Assembly: GCA_964016885.1 (NCBI GenBank)
Contig: OZ024745.1
Location: 119,412,001 to 119,476,000 of the forward strand
Reading direction: 5' to 3'
Length of the DNA: 64,000 nucleotides
DNA from: Eledone cirrhosa
Taxonomy: Eukaryota
A model generated the notes under the pieces. The model was not told the origin of the DNA. It saw only the letters and a program-made list of their open reading frames with translations, and made no database searches. A program made the position numbers and the translations under genes. Below, piece by piece: positions 25,515 to 39,450 of this stretch (position 1 is its first letter; each line of letters opens with the position of its first letter).

Positions 25515-27189
25515 TAATTCCTTTAGTACGAGGTGATATTGACTCTAAGTTCAGATTGTATATGATGTTTCTACTTTACGGTCATAATATATCTATATAT
25601 ATCATTTGAAGTACATTTACTTCATCATTCATCCATAATATCACATAAAAGGAGAACTGTCTCAGCGAAGTTTCAGCGGTCCCATTTACCGATCGAATCT
25701 CTGAGAGTCCTTAAGATATTTTTAATATATCAAATAAATTCATTTACTTAAATATCTTGAAATTCGCACAACTACTATTGGCAGTCGAATGTCTTCCATA
25801 CTAGCAGTGTTTATGCCGAACCTGAATAGTTTAGAGCAGTTAGTATCCTCACCCAGCCGACATAATATTTTTTTTACAAATTCAATGATTCTTCCAACGC
25901 ACTTAATTTCTTCTCAGCTACAATCCAAGCCTTTATGATGTGCATCCACTGGAATGTCGGTCTACGACACAATTAAGACCATCTGAATTTTCCCTTACAA
26001 AACCAGTGCCCGAAACACCCTAACAAAGAACGTCTACCACGGTATGGCAAATATACCTCATCACTAATCTTTGGATTAATACTATCAATCTACCCTCTTA
26101 TCTTTATAACCAACAAAATAAAAGGTCACAAGATAAATACCGACAAAGTCTCAACTAATTCTCTACCTGTAGGAATCTTGGAAATACAGAGACATAAAAA
26201 TTTACTGGAAATTATGTTTCTAAATTCTTTTTATGAACTCATTTATCTTAGGACCACGTCCCAATAATCACTAGTTGTGAATAGATACCGGCGGTCAGTC
26301 CCCCGCAATAAAATCAAAGGCTCTAACGATATTATTTCATTTAAGCTCAGAAGGGGCATATTATCAATGAACGGTTAAAATGGTGCCCCACTACAACTAT
26401 CAATCTCAAGCTACAGAAATATAGACTGGAGAAAATGGTCCATTCCTGAATAGATTATCCAGTTGATCTTGACAATTACTGCTATATTTTCCTTTCCCTC
26501 GACATTTCAAATTTCCTGGAAACAGTTGTAATGAAATTGTGAAATAAAACTCGTTTAAAATTGTGTGTCGTTTTCCCCACTTGCGCCTCACCAAGCAGTT
26601 TATTTAGATCCAGATTTATTTGAAACTTACTAACCCAATTACTTATTAATCTCACACTATGATATATCATGGAAATCCTTCTGATGTCAATAATCCTACA
26701 AACTGGATCCAGAATTAAGCACGTTCCTCAGTCATTTTCCCTCACAAATGACACATATGTAAGTCCCTCCCGTACCCACACCTCCTATACAAAAATGAGA
26801 AGTCGTACAAAGTATCAATCTTAATTGCCTGGAGGAGCCATTCAAGGGCATCGGGGATACATTTCTTTCAACTATTAACTAATACGAACCACAAACTAAT
26901 AAAATATGTGTGCGAATGAAATACTTCTGTTTGTGTACAAACGAAATATATTTCAGCTGTCATCTTTGATAGCGACGAAAGACGAGATCGCAATAAAATT
27001 GCAAGTCTATAATAATCCCAGTTATCGGAAAATACTATACGTATCCCTCGAAGATCGAATAATCAATGATGTTTCATTTCAATAAATTAATTAGCAACAA
27101 CACTAACACAGTGAGATTCATAATAAATTGTATATCAACAAATATAAAATGTGTATCTAGTCTCACTGTTTGTATTTAAGATATGAATG

Positions 27190-27770
27190 TAAACATTCAC
27201 CCACTTAATAAACAGCTCAAAGGAAAAGAGTCTGATCTTTTATCCTTCAAATGATCTACTACTGCTTTTATAGTAAAAGTACTGTTCTGCAGTATTGTTG
27301 TATGTGAAGGGACGTGGCTGAGTGGTTAGAAAATTGTATTCGAAATTATGCGGTTCTGACTTCGATTCCCGATCGAGCGATGCGTTATATCCTTCAGCAA
27401 ACATAATTTCAGGTTGCTCCTTATGCCTTGATTGCGACCGCTAGATAGTAATATTAGCAATTGGAAAGACCAATGGAAACATTGTTTCTTTGGTCCGATA
27501 TGACGAGCCCAACCCCACTCTTTACGCGAATGAGGTCTGGGATCTTGTCGATCGACTGTTCTACAAAATAGATATCTTACGTCGTGCATTATTAGAATTT
27601 CCTAGCTTAGAAATAACTAGCAGTGATCTACGCGATGATGTCCTTACATTCTGTGCTGAACATTTGAAAAATTTGCACAGTAAGATGCAAGATCAATTTA
27701 GATTATTGCAAAACTAACCGAGCAGCATCAACCACAGGACTCGCATTGAAGAATTAAAGGTGTATCTTAA
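27190..27770 (+). pseudogene. hAT (Charlie/Buster-like) transposase remnant interrupted by a CORE-SINE
   Basis: LNKQLKGKESDL upstream; LEFPSL...DDVLTFCAEHLKNLHSKMQDQF (ORF 27490..27717) downstream. Confidence 0.6.
27305..27558 (+). mobile_element. tRNA-derived CORE-type SINE
   Basis: Homologous to 11723-11940. Confidence 0.72.
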
Positions 27771-27809
27771 AAAAAAAAATGAAATATGGTTTTTGTATAT
27801 TATAATGGT

Positions 27810-27995
27810 GATTGGCAGTATCGGTAGAGGGTCGGACACCATGCTTTGACGCATAGAGTTACGGCGCTTGCCATTCTGAGTTCCAATCCTGCCGAGGTTA
27901 ACTTTACCTTTCATCCTTATGGGGTCAATAAAATAAAGTAGCAGTAATGCACTGGGTATTTTCTGGACTTGTGCCAAATGTAGAAACGATTATAA
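27810..27995 (+). mobile_element. tRNA-derived SINE (dominant family)
   Basis: Colinear with other copies. Confidence 0.85.
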
Positions 27996-28269
27996 TGCTG
28001 GTGCTCCAGCATGGCCTCAGCCTTTCGGCTGGAACACGTAATAAATAAATAAAACAATTTGTGTAGATAGAGTGAACATTCATTTACTATAGATTGTAGG
28101 AGGTTGCAATATATTTTTTAAACAACGAATAGTTATGAGGTTCCAACAGAGCAAAATAGTAATCAAAAGCGTCCATGGGAAAAAGAGGGGGTGAAGCACT
28201 ATATTAGGGATTTATTGGAAATAAATATTATCGGGAATCAGCATCAGCAATTTAAACGACGGAGACTCG

Positions 28270-28495
28270 TGTTAATTGGGTGACAAGGTCACTTCAGAAG
28301 CTCTCTACATTCCAGAACCACATCATGAGATTAATGACTGGCATGTGGCTCAGTGACCGTATCAGTATCAGTGAGCTGCTCAACATTACCAGACTTAGAC
28401 CAATTACATCAATTGTCAAGTCAATAGTACTCGAACTATACGGCCATATAAAAATATCAACACGTGGTGTGAGTAGGTTGCGCCTGGAAGAAAGA
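28270..28495 (+). mobile_element. LINE ORF2 C-terminal fragment (RTE-like)
   Basis: KLSTFQNHIMRLMTG..SDRISISELL...LYGHI. Confidence 0.6.
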
Positions 28496-28496
28496 T

Positions 28497-29313
28497 CTTA
28501 ACTCTGAAGCCGAGAATCATTCGGTTTCCTACTTAGAACTTTAGTCTACGACTTCAGTTATACCATTTACGTAGCTTTGTCTTTACGTGCAATTGTTCTC
28601 CCCGCTCCACATATGACGTATTATCTTCGTTTTTTCCGTTCATTGCCAGAGAACGTCTCTGTGAACCACCTAATAGAATAAACGCGGTTTTGTCTTTGCG
28701 TGTAATTGTTTTTCATCGCTCCAAATAATGACGTATTATATTCGTTTTTTCCGTTCATTGCCAGAGAACGTCTCTATGAACCACCTAATAGAATATTAGT
28801 CTACGACTTCTTTTATACCATAAACGTGGTTTTGTCTTAGCGTGTAATTGTTTTTCACCGCTCCTAATAATGACGTATTATATTCGTTTTTTCCGTTCAT
28901 TGCCAGAGAACGTCTCTATGAACCACCTAATAGAATATTAGTCTACGACTTCTTTTATACCATAAACGTGGTTTTGTCTTAGCGTGTAATTGTTTTTCAC
29001 CGCTCCAAATAATGACGTATTATATTCGTTTTTTCCCGTTCTTTGCCAGGGAACGTTTCCACGAAGCAAAGTATCGTCTTCCTGTCTTCCTCCGGTTTCA
29101 ACGTTTTTTGAAATATTCACTTCTGCGTTTACAGATTGACTTTGTTAGTTTCAGAAGATCCCGTTAAGGATTCCGTTAAGCAGCGATTGTTTGCTTAAAC
29201 TTTAATCTGTTATTTTAATAAATATTTGCTCTACGGTTCTTATATATTTGATATATATTTATCCTTATCGAGCCCTCTTTGGATTTTAGTCTTCAAATTT
29301 ATTATTATTACTA
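28497..29313. mobile_element. Repeat family with four internal ~142-bp tandem units, ending at (TA)n
   Basis: gacgtattat recurs at ~28615, 28730, 28872, 29014; homologous copy at 53158-53682 has two units; inverted partial copy at 52205-52440. Confidence 0.8.
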
Positions 29314-29316
29314 TAG

Positions 29317-29357
<41 letters not shown>

Positions 29358-29882
29358 AAGGAAGTGTGGTAAGGAACCAGGTGGAGCATAACGCACCGGA
29401 GTACTCAATAATTAGGTTAGTAGAGTGGGTAATAGTCCAGTTCAGAAATAGCCGTCGAAACGGCTTGAGCTCTGCCGTCGGGGTCTTGAACATTTTCCTA
29501 TATATATATATAGAGATAGATATAAATATATACATATATATATATATATACAGGCACATATACATATATGTATGTGGGTGTTTGTTTGTGTGTGTGTGTG
29601 TGTGTGTATGTATGTGTGTATGTGTATGTGTATGTGTATGTATATGTGTGTATGTGTGTGTGTGTGTGCAATTCAATCTCATTTACATGCACCTACTCAC
29701 TTTTCCATTAAATATAATGGGATATTAATTCGGAAAAGCTATTTGTTCGCGCTCATCAAACCGTTATTATTCCCATTATATTATATCAGACAAGTTGCTG
29801 GTGGTATTGTCGCCTGCATAATATTACAACCTTACAACCTTACAAATATTTGCTGGTAGGACTTAATGTAACTTAAAATTTA

Positions 29883-29889
<7 letters not shown>

Positions 29890-29936
<47 letters not shown>

Positions 29937-30227
29937 TTTATATATATATATATATATCATTTATATATATATATATATATGTATAAAGACACAAACACAT
30001 ATATATATATATATGTATATATACATAAATGTATATGTATATATATATACATATATATATACATACATATAAGTATATATACATATATATATATACCTAG
30101 ATGTATATATACATCTATGTATATATATACATATATACATATATATATATACATATATGTATATATACATATATGTATATATAAATATATATACATATAT
30201 ATATATATTATACATATATGTATATAT

Positions 30228-30266
<39 letters not shown>

Positions 30267-30509
30267 CATCCATGTATATATATATATATATATATACATA
30301 TACATTTGTGTATATATATGTATATATATATGTGTGCATATATATGTATATATATATATGTGGATATATATATGTATATATGTATATGTGTGTGCATATA
30401 GATTTATGTATATATACATATATATATATGTACACATATATATACATATATATATATGCATATACATATATACACACACACATATATATATATATATATA
30501 CATACACAC

Positions 30510-30582
<73 letters not shown>

Positions 30583-30795
30583 TATATATATACATATATA
30601 TATACACACATATATACATATACATATACACACATATATACATATATATGTATACATATACATACACACATATATATATGCATACGCACACATATACATA
30701 TATATATATATATATATACATATATATGTATATATATATATACATATATATATATATACACACACATATATATATATACACACATATATATATAT

Positions 30796-30880
<85 letters not shown>

Positions 30881-30940
30881 CATAAATATATATATATGTA
30901 TATATATGTATATATATATATATACACATATATATATATT
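29890..30940. repeat. ~1-kb (TA)n/(CATA)n microsatellite block
   Basis: Direct inspection. Confidence 0.97.
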
Positions 30941-31102
30941 AGGATTAGTACTCTGAAATAGCGATGTATACATGAATGTATGTATAGTATATTTGGTAAT
31001 ATGCCGTATATTTAATTAAAAACATTTTGAAGACCTTGCGCTATCATTTTAAATTAGTGACTATGTAACTTATTTCTTATTTCAGCAAAGGAAGGGAGAG
31101 AA

Positions 31103-31142
31103 GCTGACAGATCTGTTTCACACTGTTGGTGTTCCTCAGAGC
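31103..31142 (-). ncRNA. Minimal type I hammerhead ribozyme motif, intact core
   Basis: Minus strand: gct CTGAGGA acac-caaca-gtgt GAAA cagatctg TC agc; palindromic stem III, GUC triplet. Confidence 0.78.
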
Positions 31143-31574
31143 AACGGACTCCCCGTCTTCTCCAAAAATTATAGAGGTTGTATTCTTATAGAATTACAGT
31201 AATAATCAGGAAATGATTATACCGAGCGACTGCCTGTGCAGCAAAAATTAAAAATTAGGATTGGTGCTCTGAAATAGCGATGTATATATGAATGCATACA
31301 TGAATTTTATAGCCATGTCACTAGAATGAACCCTTCATTCTAGGCTATAAAATTGAGGCTTGTTTGCATAATTGCAAACGAATTAATTTACTTAGATTAC
31401 ATTTATTGTATTCAGCCATGTAGAGCGAAAAACATTTCTCTTTTATTTGAATTTGGCAAAGCCGGCCGATTATCGCTCGTATACAGGAAACTGCTAATAT
31501 GCAAATCAGGCCGATCAGTCACTGTGTATTTTTGAAAAAAGCATATATTTTCACTAGCTCTGACAGTTTGGCAG

Positions 31575-31640
31575 GTGAACAGTGTGCTGTCCTGATGAAG
31601 GGTGATACCCAGAAACATTAGTGTCTGCAGCTCTGTTCAC
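31575..31640 (+). ncRNA. Type I hammerhead motif with extended stem I, inside a 330-bp direct-repeat-bounded unit
   Basis: gtgaacag..gctgtc CTGATGA a-gggt-gat-accc-a GAAA ca-ttag-tg TC tgcagc-t-ctgttcac. Confidence 0.75.
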
Positions 31641-31719
31641 ATGCCAACACAAGAGCAAGAAAGAAGAGACATGGCTATAAAATTGAGGCTTGTTTGTATA
31701 ATTGCAAACGAATCGAATA

Positions 31720-32102
31720 TTATCGGTAAAGGGTTGGACGCCATGCTCTCTAGCATAGTTACGTCCCTTTACAGTCTGAGTTCAAATCCCGACAAGGTTG
31801 ACTTTGCCTTTCATCCTTACGGGGTCGATAAAATAAAGTACCAGTAATGCACTGGGTAATTGCTGGCCTTGTGCCTAAAGTAGAAACAATTATGAATATC
31901 CGAAAAGTAGGGCTGTGAATTGACAGGATCGGTAGAGGGTCGAACGCAATCCTTTGACGCATGGAGTTGCGGCCCTTGCCATTCTGAGTTCAAATCCCGC
32001 CGAGGTAAACCTTGCCTTTCATCCTTATGGGTTCGATAACATAAAGTACCAGTAATACACTGGGTAATTGTTAGCCTTGTGTCAATAGTAGAAACAATTA
32101 TT
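31720..32102 (+). mobile_element. Two tandem tRNA-derived SINEs (dominant family)
   Basis: Copies at ~31720-31892 and ~31912-32102. Confidence 0.88.
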
Positions 32103-32126
32103 AATATTCGAAAAACTCAGATTACA

Positions 32127-32170
<44 letters not shown>

Positions 32171-32211
32171 CGAAACATAAGTCAATTGCATGAACTCATA
32201 ATCCTTTATTT

Positions 32212-32267
32212 ACTGCTATATATATTTCGATGATAGCCATTGAATGGCTATGACCTCATCAGGCAGT
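32212..32267 (-). ncRNA. Minimal type I hammerhead ribozyme motif, intact
   Basis: Minus strand: actgc CTGATGA ggtcatagcca-ttcaa-tggctatcatc GAAA tatata TA gcagt. Confidence 0.85.
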
Positions 32268-32313
32268 TAGTCAGTTCTTAGATATGCCAGCTCTGTGTGT
32301 ATAGTGGGACATA

Positions 32314-32415
<102 letters not shown>

Positions 32416-32831
32416 CAGAAGGGATATTCAATTTGTTGGTAATTCAACAAATTTAAATGTTTATAACTGATCAAGAGCACTCAACAAGTAAAAATACTTA
32501 CAACCATAATTCTTCATATAATCTAATTGATTATATATACAATATTATAACTCATAATATAGGTAAATAAATCTTTTCGCCTAAATTAACGTAAATGCTA
32601 GCTCTTCTTCCTTTATCTTCTTTCCTACGCATACAATAACATCATAATTATTTAAATTTTCCATACCGTCTAAAATAACGTTTTTTTTTCAGCCCTTTTA
32701 CCTAAACCTCATTTGTATACTCATCTTAATAATTTTACTTTTCTTCTCTTTTCCATTCACTATCCAGGGATAACTTGAACCGTTAAGGTATAATCTCCTT
32801 GGTTATCTCAACATTTATAAAACACACTTCG

Positions 32832-32892
32832 TATTTTATCTGATGATAGCATAACAAAATTTTGGATCCCTTGAAATATATATAATAGAATA
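32832..32892 (+). ncRNA. Hammerhead motif with intact boxes but decayed stem II
   Basis: tattttat CTGATGA ... GAAA tatata TA atagaata; related to 34130-34198. Confidence 0.6.
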
Positions 32893-32974
32893 AATTTGGC
32901 TTTATAAATATAGTTTCCATTTATTTAATATTATTGTATAAATATATATATATATATATATAGATATATATATA

Positions 32975-33550
32975 TTTCGTTTCTGAATTTGTTTAGCAAG
33001 ATTCTTTATCTGAAAACGTGTGTTGAAACCGATATTGTTATACTTTGGGAGGGTCATGTTGCCAATAAGAAACACACGCACCAGTTACTTTCACTTCAAT
33101 TTATTATAAATTAAATTCATAAATTTAGGAATTTATAAATTTCCGGTTGGTTGGTTGGTTCCACAACCAGACGATTGTTCATATATTGTCAAAGTTCTTT
33201 CGTCACACATTATGTGACCTCTTCAGTGACTGGGGATTCTTTTCTTTGTTTTTGTGCCTCTCCTTTGTTCTGTCCTACGCCATCTTGTTTTTGTGTGTGT
33301 TGTGTGCTTAGTTTGCGCATGTGTTACATCCGGGTGTCTGTGTGTGTTTATATTTGTTTATTTATTTGTTTATTTACATGTTATTGGTCGTTTGTTTGTT
33401 CTATGTATGTGTATGTTTTCATTTTGTCCTTAATTGTAAGTTGTGATGTTGCTATTCCATTCATGCTTTCTATTTAATTTATAATAAATTGAAGTGAAAG
33501 CAGCTGGTGCGTGTGTTTCTTATTGGCAACATGACCCTCCCGAAGTATAA

Positions 33551-33556
<6 letters not shown>
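32975..33556. mobile_element. PLE-type pseudo-LTR element with a short inverted terminal copy
   Basis: 33474-33556 is the reverse complement of ~33032-33115; near-identical to 39990-40320. Confidence 0.8.
33188..33230 (-). ncRNA. Minimal type I hammerhead motif
   Basis: Minus strand: gtca CTGAAGA g-gtcac-ataatgt-gtgac GAAA gaac TT tgac. Confidence 0.7.
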
Positions 33557-33591
<35 letters not shown>

Positions 33592-33716
33592 AATATATAT
33601 ATTCCTATACACCTCTGTTTCTCGACCGTTATATCGCGTGACTATCTCCCCCTCCGCCTTTTGGGATTCTTTCTCATGTCGTGTAGACGCGTTCTTGAGA
33701 CTAGTAAAATGAGGTA

Positions 33717-33806
33717 TCCTCTTGATAAGTCGGCAGACCTCGCAAGGACTCTATATCTTTATGATATATTGATTTTGTTTATGCCACGAAACTACGTAGT
33801 CGAGGA
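33717..33806 (+). ncRNA. Decayed hammerhead motif (core box mutated)
   Basis: tcctc TTGATAA gtcggca...tgccac GAAA ctacgtag TC gagga. Confidence 0.6.
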
Positions 33807-33972
33807 ATCTAGAAGCAGTTTAGGTATGATACATTTTATTACTAATTATATCTAAATGTTTCTTCTCTCTTCATAATATATATGAATATATGTATATATA
33901 TCTGTATAGATATATATACATATAGTAATAATAATAAATTTGAAGACTAAAATCCATATATATATGAATATA

Positions 33973-34079
<107 letters not shown>

Positions 34080-34129
34080 AATATATATATAATATATAAG
34101 AACAAAAGATGGTTAAAAGAGTTCCTTGT

Positions 34130-34198
34130 ATTTTATTATGCGCATTTCAAAAACAAATATCATCATGCAATAATATTTGTGTTTTCATCAGATAAAAT
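34130..34198 (-). ncRNA. Minimal type I hammerhead ribozyme motif, intact
   Basis: Minus strand: attttat CTGATGA aaacacaaatattat-tgcatg-atgatatttgttttt GAAA tgcgca TA ataaaat; 7-bp stem I, ~15-bp stem II, palindromic stem III. Confidence 0.88.
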
Positions 34199-34739
34199 AG
34201 GAAGACATATGAAGGTTAAAAAACACTTGTGGATAGTGCAGTTTTAAATCAACATACGAGAAGTAGTTTTAGATTGATGTGTGATATTGGGAAAAATATT
34301 TATTTTGAGGGGGGAGGGGGGTGGAAAGGATGAAAAAGAGGAGGAGATGAGAGTAAAAGGTGGAGAGGGAGGAGTATAATGAGGAAGGATGAGATAGGAG
34401 GAGAGATGGGTGATAGAGAGAGAGAGATAGCTTTTATAACTGAGAAAGATATATTGTTTTACATAGAGAGGTTGAAAACCGTTGGACGATAATGTATGAA
34501 TTAAAAGAATTTGAAAATTAACGAAGAGAAAAATAATGTAAAGTTAAGGTTTGTATATTGAGGGGTTTGATAATATGTGCGATGAAAAGAAAATGTTATT
34601 ATGTATTAAGAATAATATGGAACTCTTTTAACCATCTTTTATTCTTATATATTATGTATACTCCAGTCCTACAAACTGTAGAGTGCTTCTTATCCGATAT
34701 CTGCATTGCTTTATTGTACTACAATAAAACTCACCTCCT

Positions 34740-34787
34740 ACATATATATATATATATATAATCCAAATATATATGAATATATATATG

Positions 34788-34831
<44 letters not shown>

Positions 34832-35015
34832 TCATATATATTTGGATTTTAGTCTTCAAATTTATTATTATTACTATATTCATATATATACTATATACAT
34901 ATATATACATATATTCATATATATGTATATATATATGAATTTATGTATGTATATATATGTATATATGTATATATATGTATATGAATATATATCTATATAT
35001 GTATATATATATATG

Positions 35016-35047
<32 letters not shown>

Positions 35048-35200
35048 TGGATATATATATGTATATATATATATATATGGATATATATATGTATATATAT
35101 ATATATGGATATATATATGTATATATGTATATATATATGAATATATATATATATACATATGTATATATATATATATACATATATACATTTATATATATCC

Positions 35201-35259
<59 letters not shown>

Positions 35260-35333
35260 CATACATACATATCTACATATATATATATACATATATACCT
35301 ATATTCATATACATATACATATACATATCTATA

Positions 35334-35370
<37 letters not shown>

Positions 35371-35520
35371 TACATGCGCATACACACACACACATGCACA
35401 TACATACATACACGTGTGTATGTGTGTGATTGAGTTTATATATTCATTAATTGAGCACACACACACACATACACACACATATACGCACATACACACACAC
35501 ATACACACACATTGATACAC
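34740..35520. repeat. (TA)n/(CA)n microsatellite block
   Basis: Direct inspection. Confidence 0.96.
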
Positions 35521-35709
35521 TTTAAAACATTATTCTGCCTATAGTGTAACTCTCCATTTAAACTGCTAATTACATTAATATTAAAATATTAAGAAATTAA
35601 GAAACCATTAGTGAATCAGTTTTAGAGTTTTTAAATTGAAGAAAATAAACACAAATAAACACAACTCCACACTCTGTCTTGATAGTTAGATGATTATAAC
35701 AGGAATGTT

Positions 35710-35710
35710 A

Positions 35711-35759
<49 letters not shown>

Positions 35760-35795
35760 GCTGCTCTGCTGCTACTGCTGCTACTACTGCTACTA

Positions 35796-35829
<34 letters not shown>

Positions 35830-35875
35830 AACTACTACTACTACTACTACTACTACTGCTGCTGCTCTGCTGCTG

Positions 35876-35951
<76 letters not shown>

Positions 35952-36043
35952 GGCAGCTGCCGCTACTACAACTGCTGCAGCTGCTACTACTACTACTACT
36001 ACTACCGGTACTACTACTGCTAGGCCTACCACTACTACTACTG

Positions 36044-36113
<70 letters not shown>

Positions 36114-36238
36114 CACTACTACTAGTACTGCTGCAGCTGCTGCGACTACTACTACTGCTGCTGCTGCTACTGCTGCAGCTCCTACTACTACTACTGGTAC
36201 CACTACTGCTAGTAATACCACTACTACTACTATACTAT

Positions 36239-36275
<37 letters not shown>

Positions 36276-36348
36276 GCAGCTGCTGCTACTACTACTGCTG
36301 CTACTGCTACTGCTGCAGCTGCTACTACTGGTACTACTACTGCTAGTA

Positions 36349-36384
<36 letters not shown>

Positions 36385-36532
36385 TTGCTGCTGCTGCTAC
36401 TGCTGCAATTGCTACAACAACAACAGCAACTACTACTACTACTACTAGTACTACTACTACTACTACAGCTGCTACCAGCACCACCACTGCTACCACCACC
36501 ACTACTACTACAACTGCTACTGCTACTACTAA
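35710..36532. repeat. ~820-bp (CTA)n/(CTG)n trinucleotide block abutting a SINE 3' end
   Basis: Direct inspection; SINE 3' part at 36535-36630 (minus). Confidence 0.97.
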
Positions 36533-37257
36533 TAATAATTGTTTCTACTTGTGGCACAAGGCCAGCAATTTACTCAGTACATTACTGGTCCTTTATTTTA
36601 TCGACCCCATAAGGATGAAAGGCAAAGTTTATGCTTACGGGGTCCATAAAATAAGTTACCAGTAATATACTGAGTAAATAAAATATAAGTAAAGATATGC
36701 AAATTAGGCTGCCCAGCCGTATACATATATGTATGTACGTATACATACTTATATTTAAGTAACAGCCGTACTAAGAGTGAGAAATGAAATTTCGTTTCAT
36801 TTTTCCGTTTATCGTTTTCGGTGCGCCCGGCCGATTAACTCACTCGATATGCAAATTTGGTTGCTCAGCCGTTAATATGCATAAGGAAAGCATATACTTT
36901 CAGTCGTTCAATCATCTGGCAGGATGGTATACGTTGCGGACGATAGCTAATAAGCTTGAAACTAGTACAGCGTTCCTTTGTCAGTGTTGAACAAATGAGC
37001 AACGATGGTTGCTAGACACTGTACGGCTTAATTCGGGATGTTTGTTTACAAACACACCGAGCATTATAATAAATGTTCGGTGAATCCATACGTACATATA
37101 TATATATATGTGTACATGTATGTATATATATATATACATACTACTGTACGTCTGTATACATATATGTATGTACGTATACATACTTATATATATATATAAC
37201 ATTATAAAGTAAGAAGAAATAGTAGACACAGATATATATAGCTATTTTTTCTTCAAT

Positions 37258-37350
37258 GTCCCGACTGTACAGTTTCGCTGGTCAGTATGCAAAAATCCTA
37301 CATCATAGAGATGCAACATTGTTGTGAGGTAAACCAACTTTTCAAGGGAA
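37258..37350 (-). ncRNA. Decayed hammerhead motif
   Basis: Minus strand: tccc TTGAAAA gttggtt...gaccagc GAAA ctgtacag TC ggga. Confidence 0.55.
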
Positions 37351-38119
37351 CACCTCGGGGAAAGAGCGCTTCTAGACACATACGTAGCATGCGAGAAAAT
37401 CTCAAAAAGGCGGAGGGCGATACTATCACGTGATACACCGGTCAAGAAAGGGGACTAAATCCCTTGCAGCAGTGAAAAATCTCTCAGAAGGTGAAAAGGT
37501 ATATGGGTATATATACATGTGTATGTATGTTGCACATATATGTGTGTACCTCTCATTATATATGTATGTATATATATATATAGATTAATTGTATAAGTTT
37601 ATTTTTAAAACCACACGGTTGAGAGCTTATTCGATTTGTGCTATTTATGCAATTTTGTGCATGATATACACATACTGAATTCATTTGCTGGAATCTGGGG
37701 TGTTTCCCGTTGTGAATTCCACATGTGCTTTTACGTGCCTCTGTGTCATTCACAAATCTGGTACAGAGCAAAATACCAGTTGATAACGTGATATTCCTTG
37801 TTCGATCATTATACTTAAAGCTTATAATTTTAAGCAGACAGTATTTTGATTTAGGTGTCATAGAAACCCTGCAGGTGGATTTTACCATCACTTCCAACGG
37901 GTCCAGGTCTGTTTTTTTTCATCATTTATTTTGTTTTGACCTGTTTAGCTTGATTTGCTTTTTAGCTTAGGTGGTTGATGTTTTCTTGACCACTTTTACA
38001 GTTTTGTATGGCGTCTTAACATATTGTTTAGCTCTGGTTTTTTAACTATGGAGCGCTTGCCAGCATATTTCTGATTTTTGCGTTACGTTTCGCCTTTTCT
38101 ACCCGACGAAATGCGATTC

Positions 38120-38173
38120 TCGCTAAATCTATATTTGTATATATATATATATATACAAATATAGATTTAGCGA
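38120..38173. repeat. 54-bp palindrome centred on (TA)n
   Basis: tcgctaaatctatatttg(ta)n caaatatagatttagcga. Confidence 0.9.
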
Positions 38174-39194
38174 TATATATATATATATATAATTTTATAA
38201 TAGCTATAATAGATAATGGTATTAATAATGTTGGTGTGGCTGATAGGAAGTAAATTTAAAACAAACACAGACCATTGAAGAAATGCTAGCGAAGTCAATA
38301 TCCGGTTAAATTCGCATCTCTTAAACATCATAAGTCGTATATTAATAGGAAAAAATGAAGAGTGTCATCAGAATGAAGAGGTAATGCTAAATAGCTGCAA
38401 TAAAATGTTTCTCTTACTGGATATTTGAATATTAATAAAGAGCCTTTTACATAATGCAACCAAATAAGATTTTCCAAATGTATAATCAAGCCATTATATT
38501 TATAAAGAAAAATATGAAGAAATTAATAAAAATGATTTCTTAAAATTTCGTTAACATTATAAGGTTTATACATTTATTATGCATATTTCTGAGTGTTGAA
38601 TTATGAAGAATTAACAAAATATATATCGAAATAATATATGACCAAAGTTAAAACATGCATTTCCTTCTCGTCAAGGACATTTTCTCGTATTTATTACCTC
38701 TCATACTTTAAAAAAATGTTCACAAATCAGTAATACCTTCCATTTTGTTTCTATAAAAAACCACCCGAAAACTAAAAACATTCTATATAATAAAGTCATA
38801 GATATACTAAGAAAATGTCTAATGTAATCCCTAATGAAATGAGATATTCACATCTAAACAAAAACGAGAGGACCACAAGCAAAACGTGCGCGTTCTTTGG
38901 TGTAGAGTTTTTTCTATGACCATCGCTATGTTTTCATTGTTTTTTGCTTCCATTCAAAAATATGATTCAATAAATGTCAAGATTTCACCAATAATTATCG
39001 ATAATTGCATGGCATCTTTCATGGCATGTTTCAAACAATTTAAGAACCACTTACTTCTATTGGAATTCATTTATTCGAATGTCCTGCTATATAGCCTGTT
39101 ACTATTCCTACTATTACTCCCCCTCCTACCGCTGCTGCTGATGATGATGATGATACACTGGCCCCGATACAGTTAGTTACCGACAACATTTTAT

Positions 39195-39450
39195 ATGCCT
39201 GGCACAAGGCCAATAATCTTTTTTTTTGGGGGGGGGGGGAAGTCGATTAAATCGACCCAGTACGTTACTGGTACTTTATTTTATCGACCCCGAAAGGATG
39301 AAAGGCAAATTTAACCTCGGCGGGATTTGAATTCAGACTATAATGGGTCCAAGAGTCCGACGGTGGGGTTTCCAGTATCGATAGAGCGTCAGACACCATG
39401 CTTTGCATCGTGTCCGACGCTCTATCGATACTGGCAATCCACCGCCCTGA
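39195..39450 (-). mobile_element. tRNA-derived SINE (longer variant with gtcgattaaatcgac hairpin)
   Basis: Same core and B box as other copies. Confidence 0.8.

Noticed and set aside
25780-26870. Possible decayed PLE RT (EGAYYQ*..KMVP at ~26350)
   Set aside because: Only one weak motif; too degenerate to call by eye.
29957-30973. Long Ile/Tyr-rich ORFs (also 4608-5031, 34773-35515, 43790-45658, 53595-54013)
   Set aside because: Stop-free translations of (TA)n/(CA)n microsatellites in several frames at once; not genes.
35690-36612. Poly-Leu/Thr/Ser/Val ORFs
   Set aside because: Translations of (CTA)n/(CTG)n tracts.
37560-38110. Possible PLE endonuclease remnant (ORF 37556..37897)
   Set aside because: Only vague resemblance (KHMWN, QPCGFKN); no clear GIY-YIG motif.
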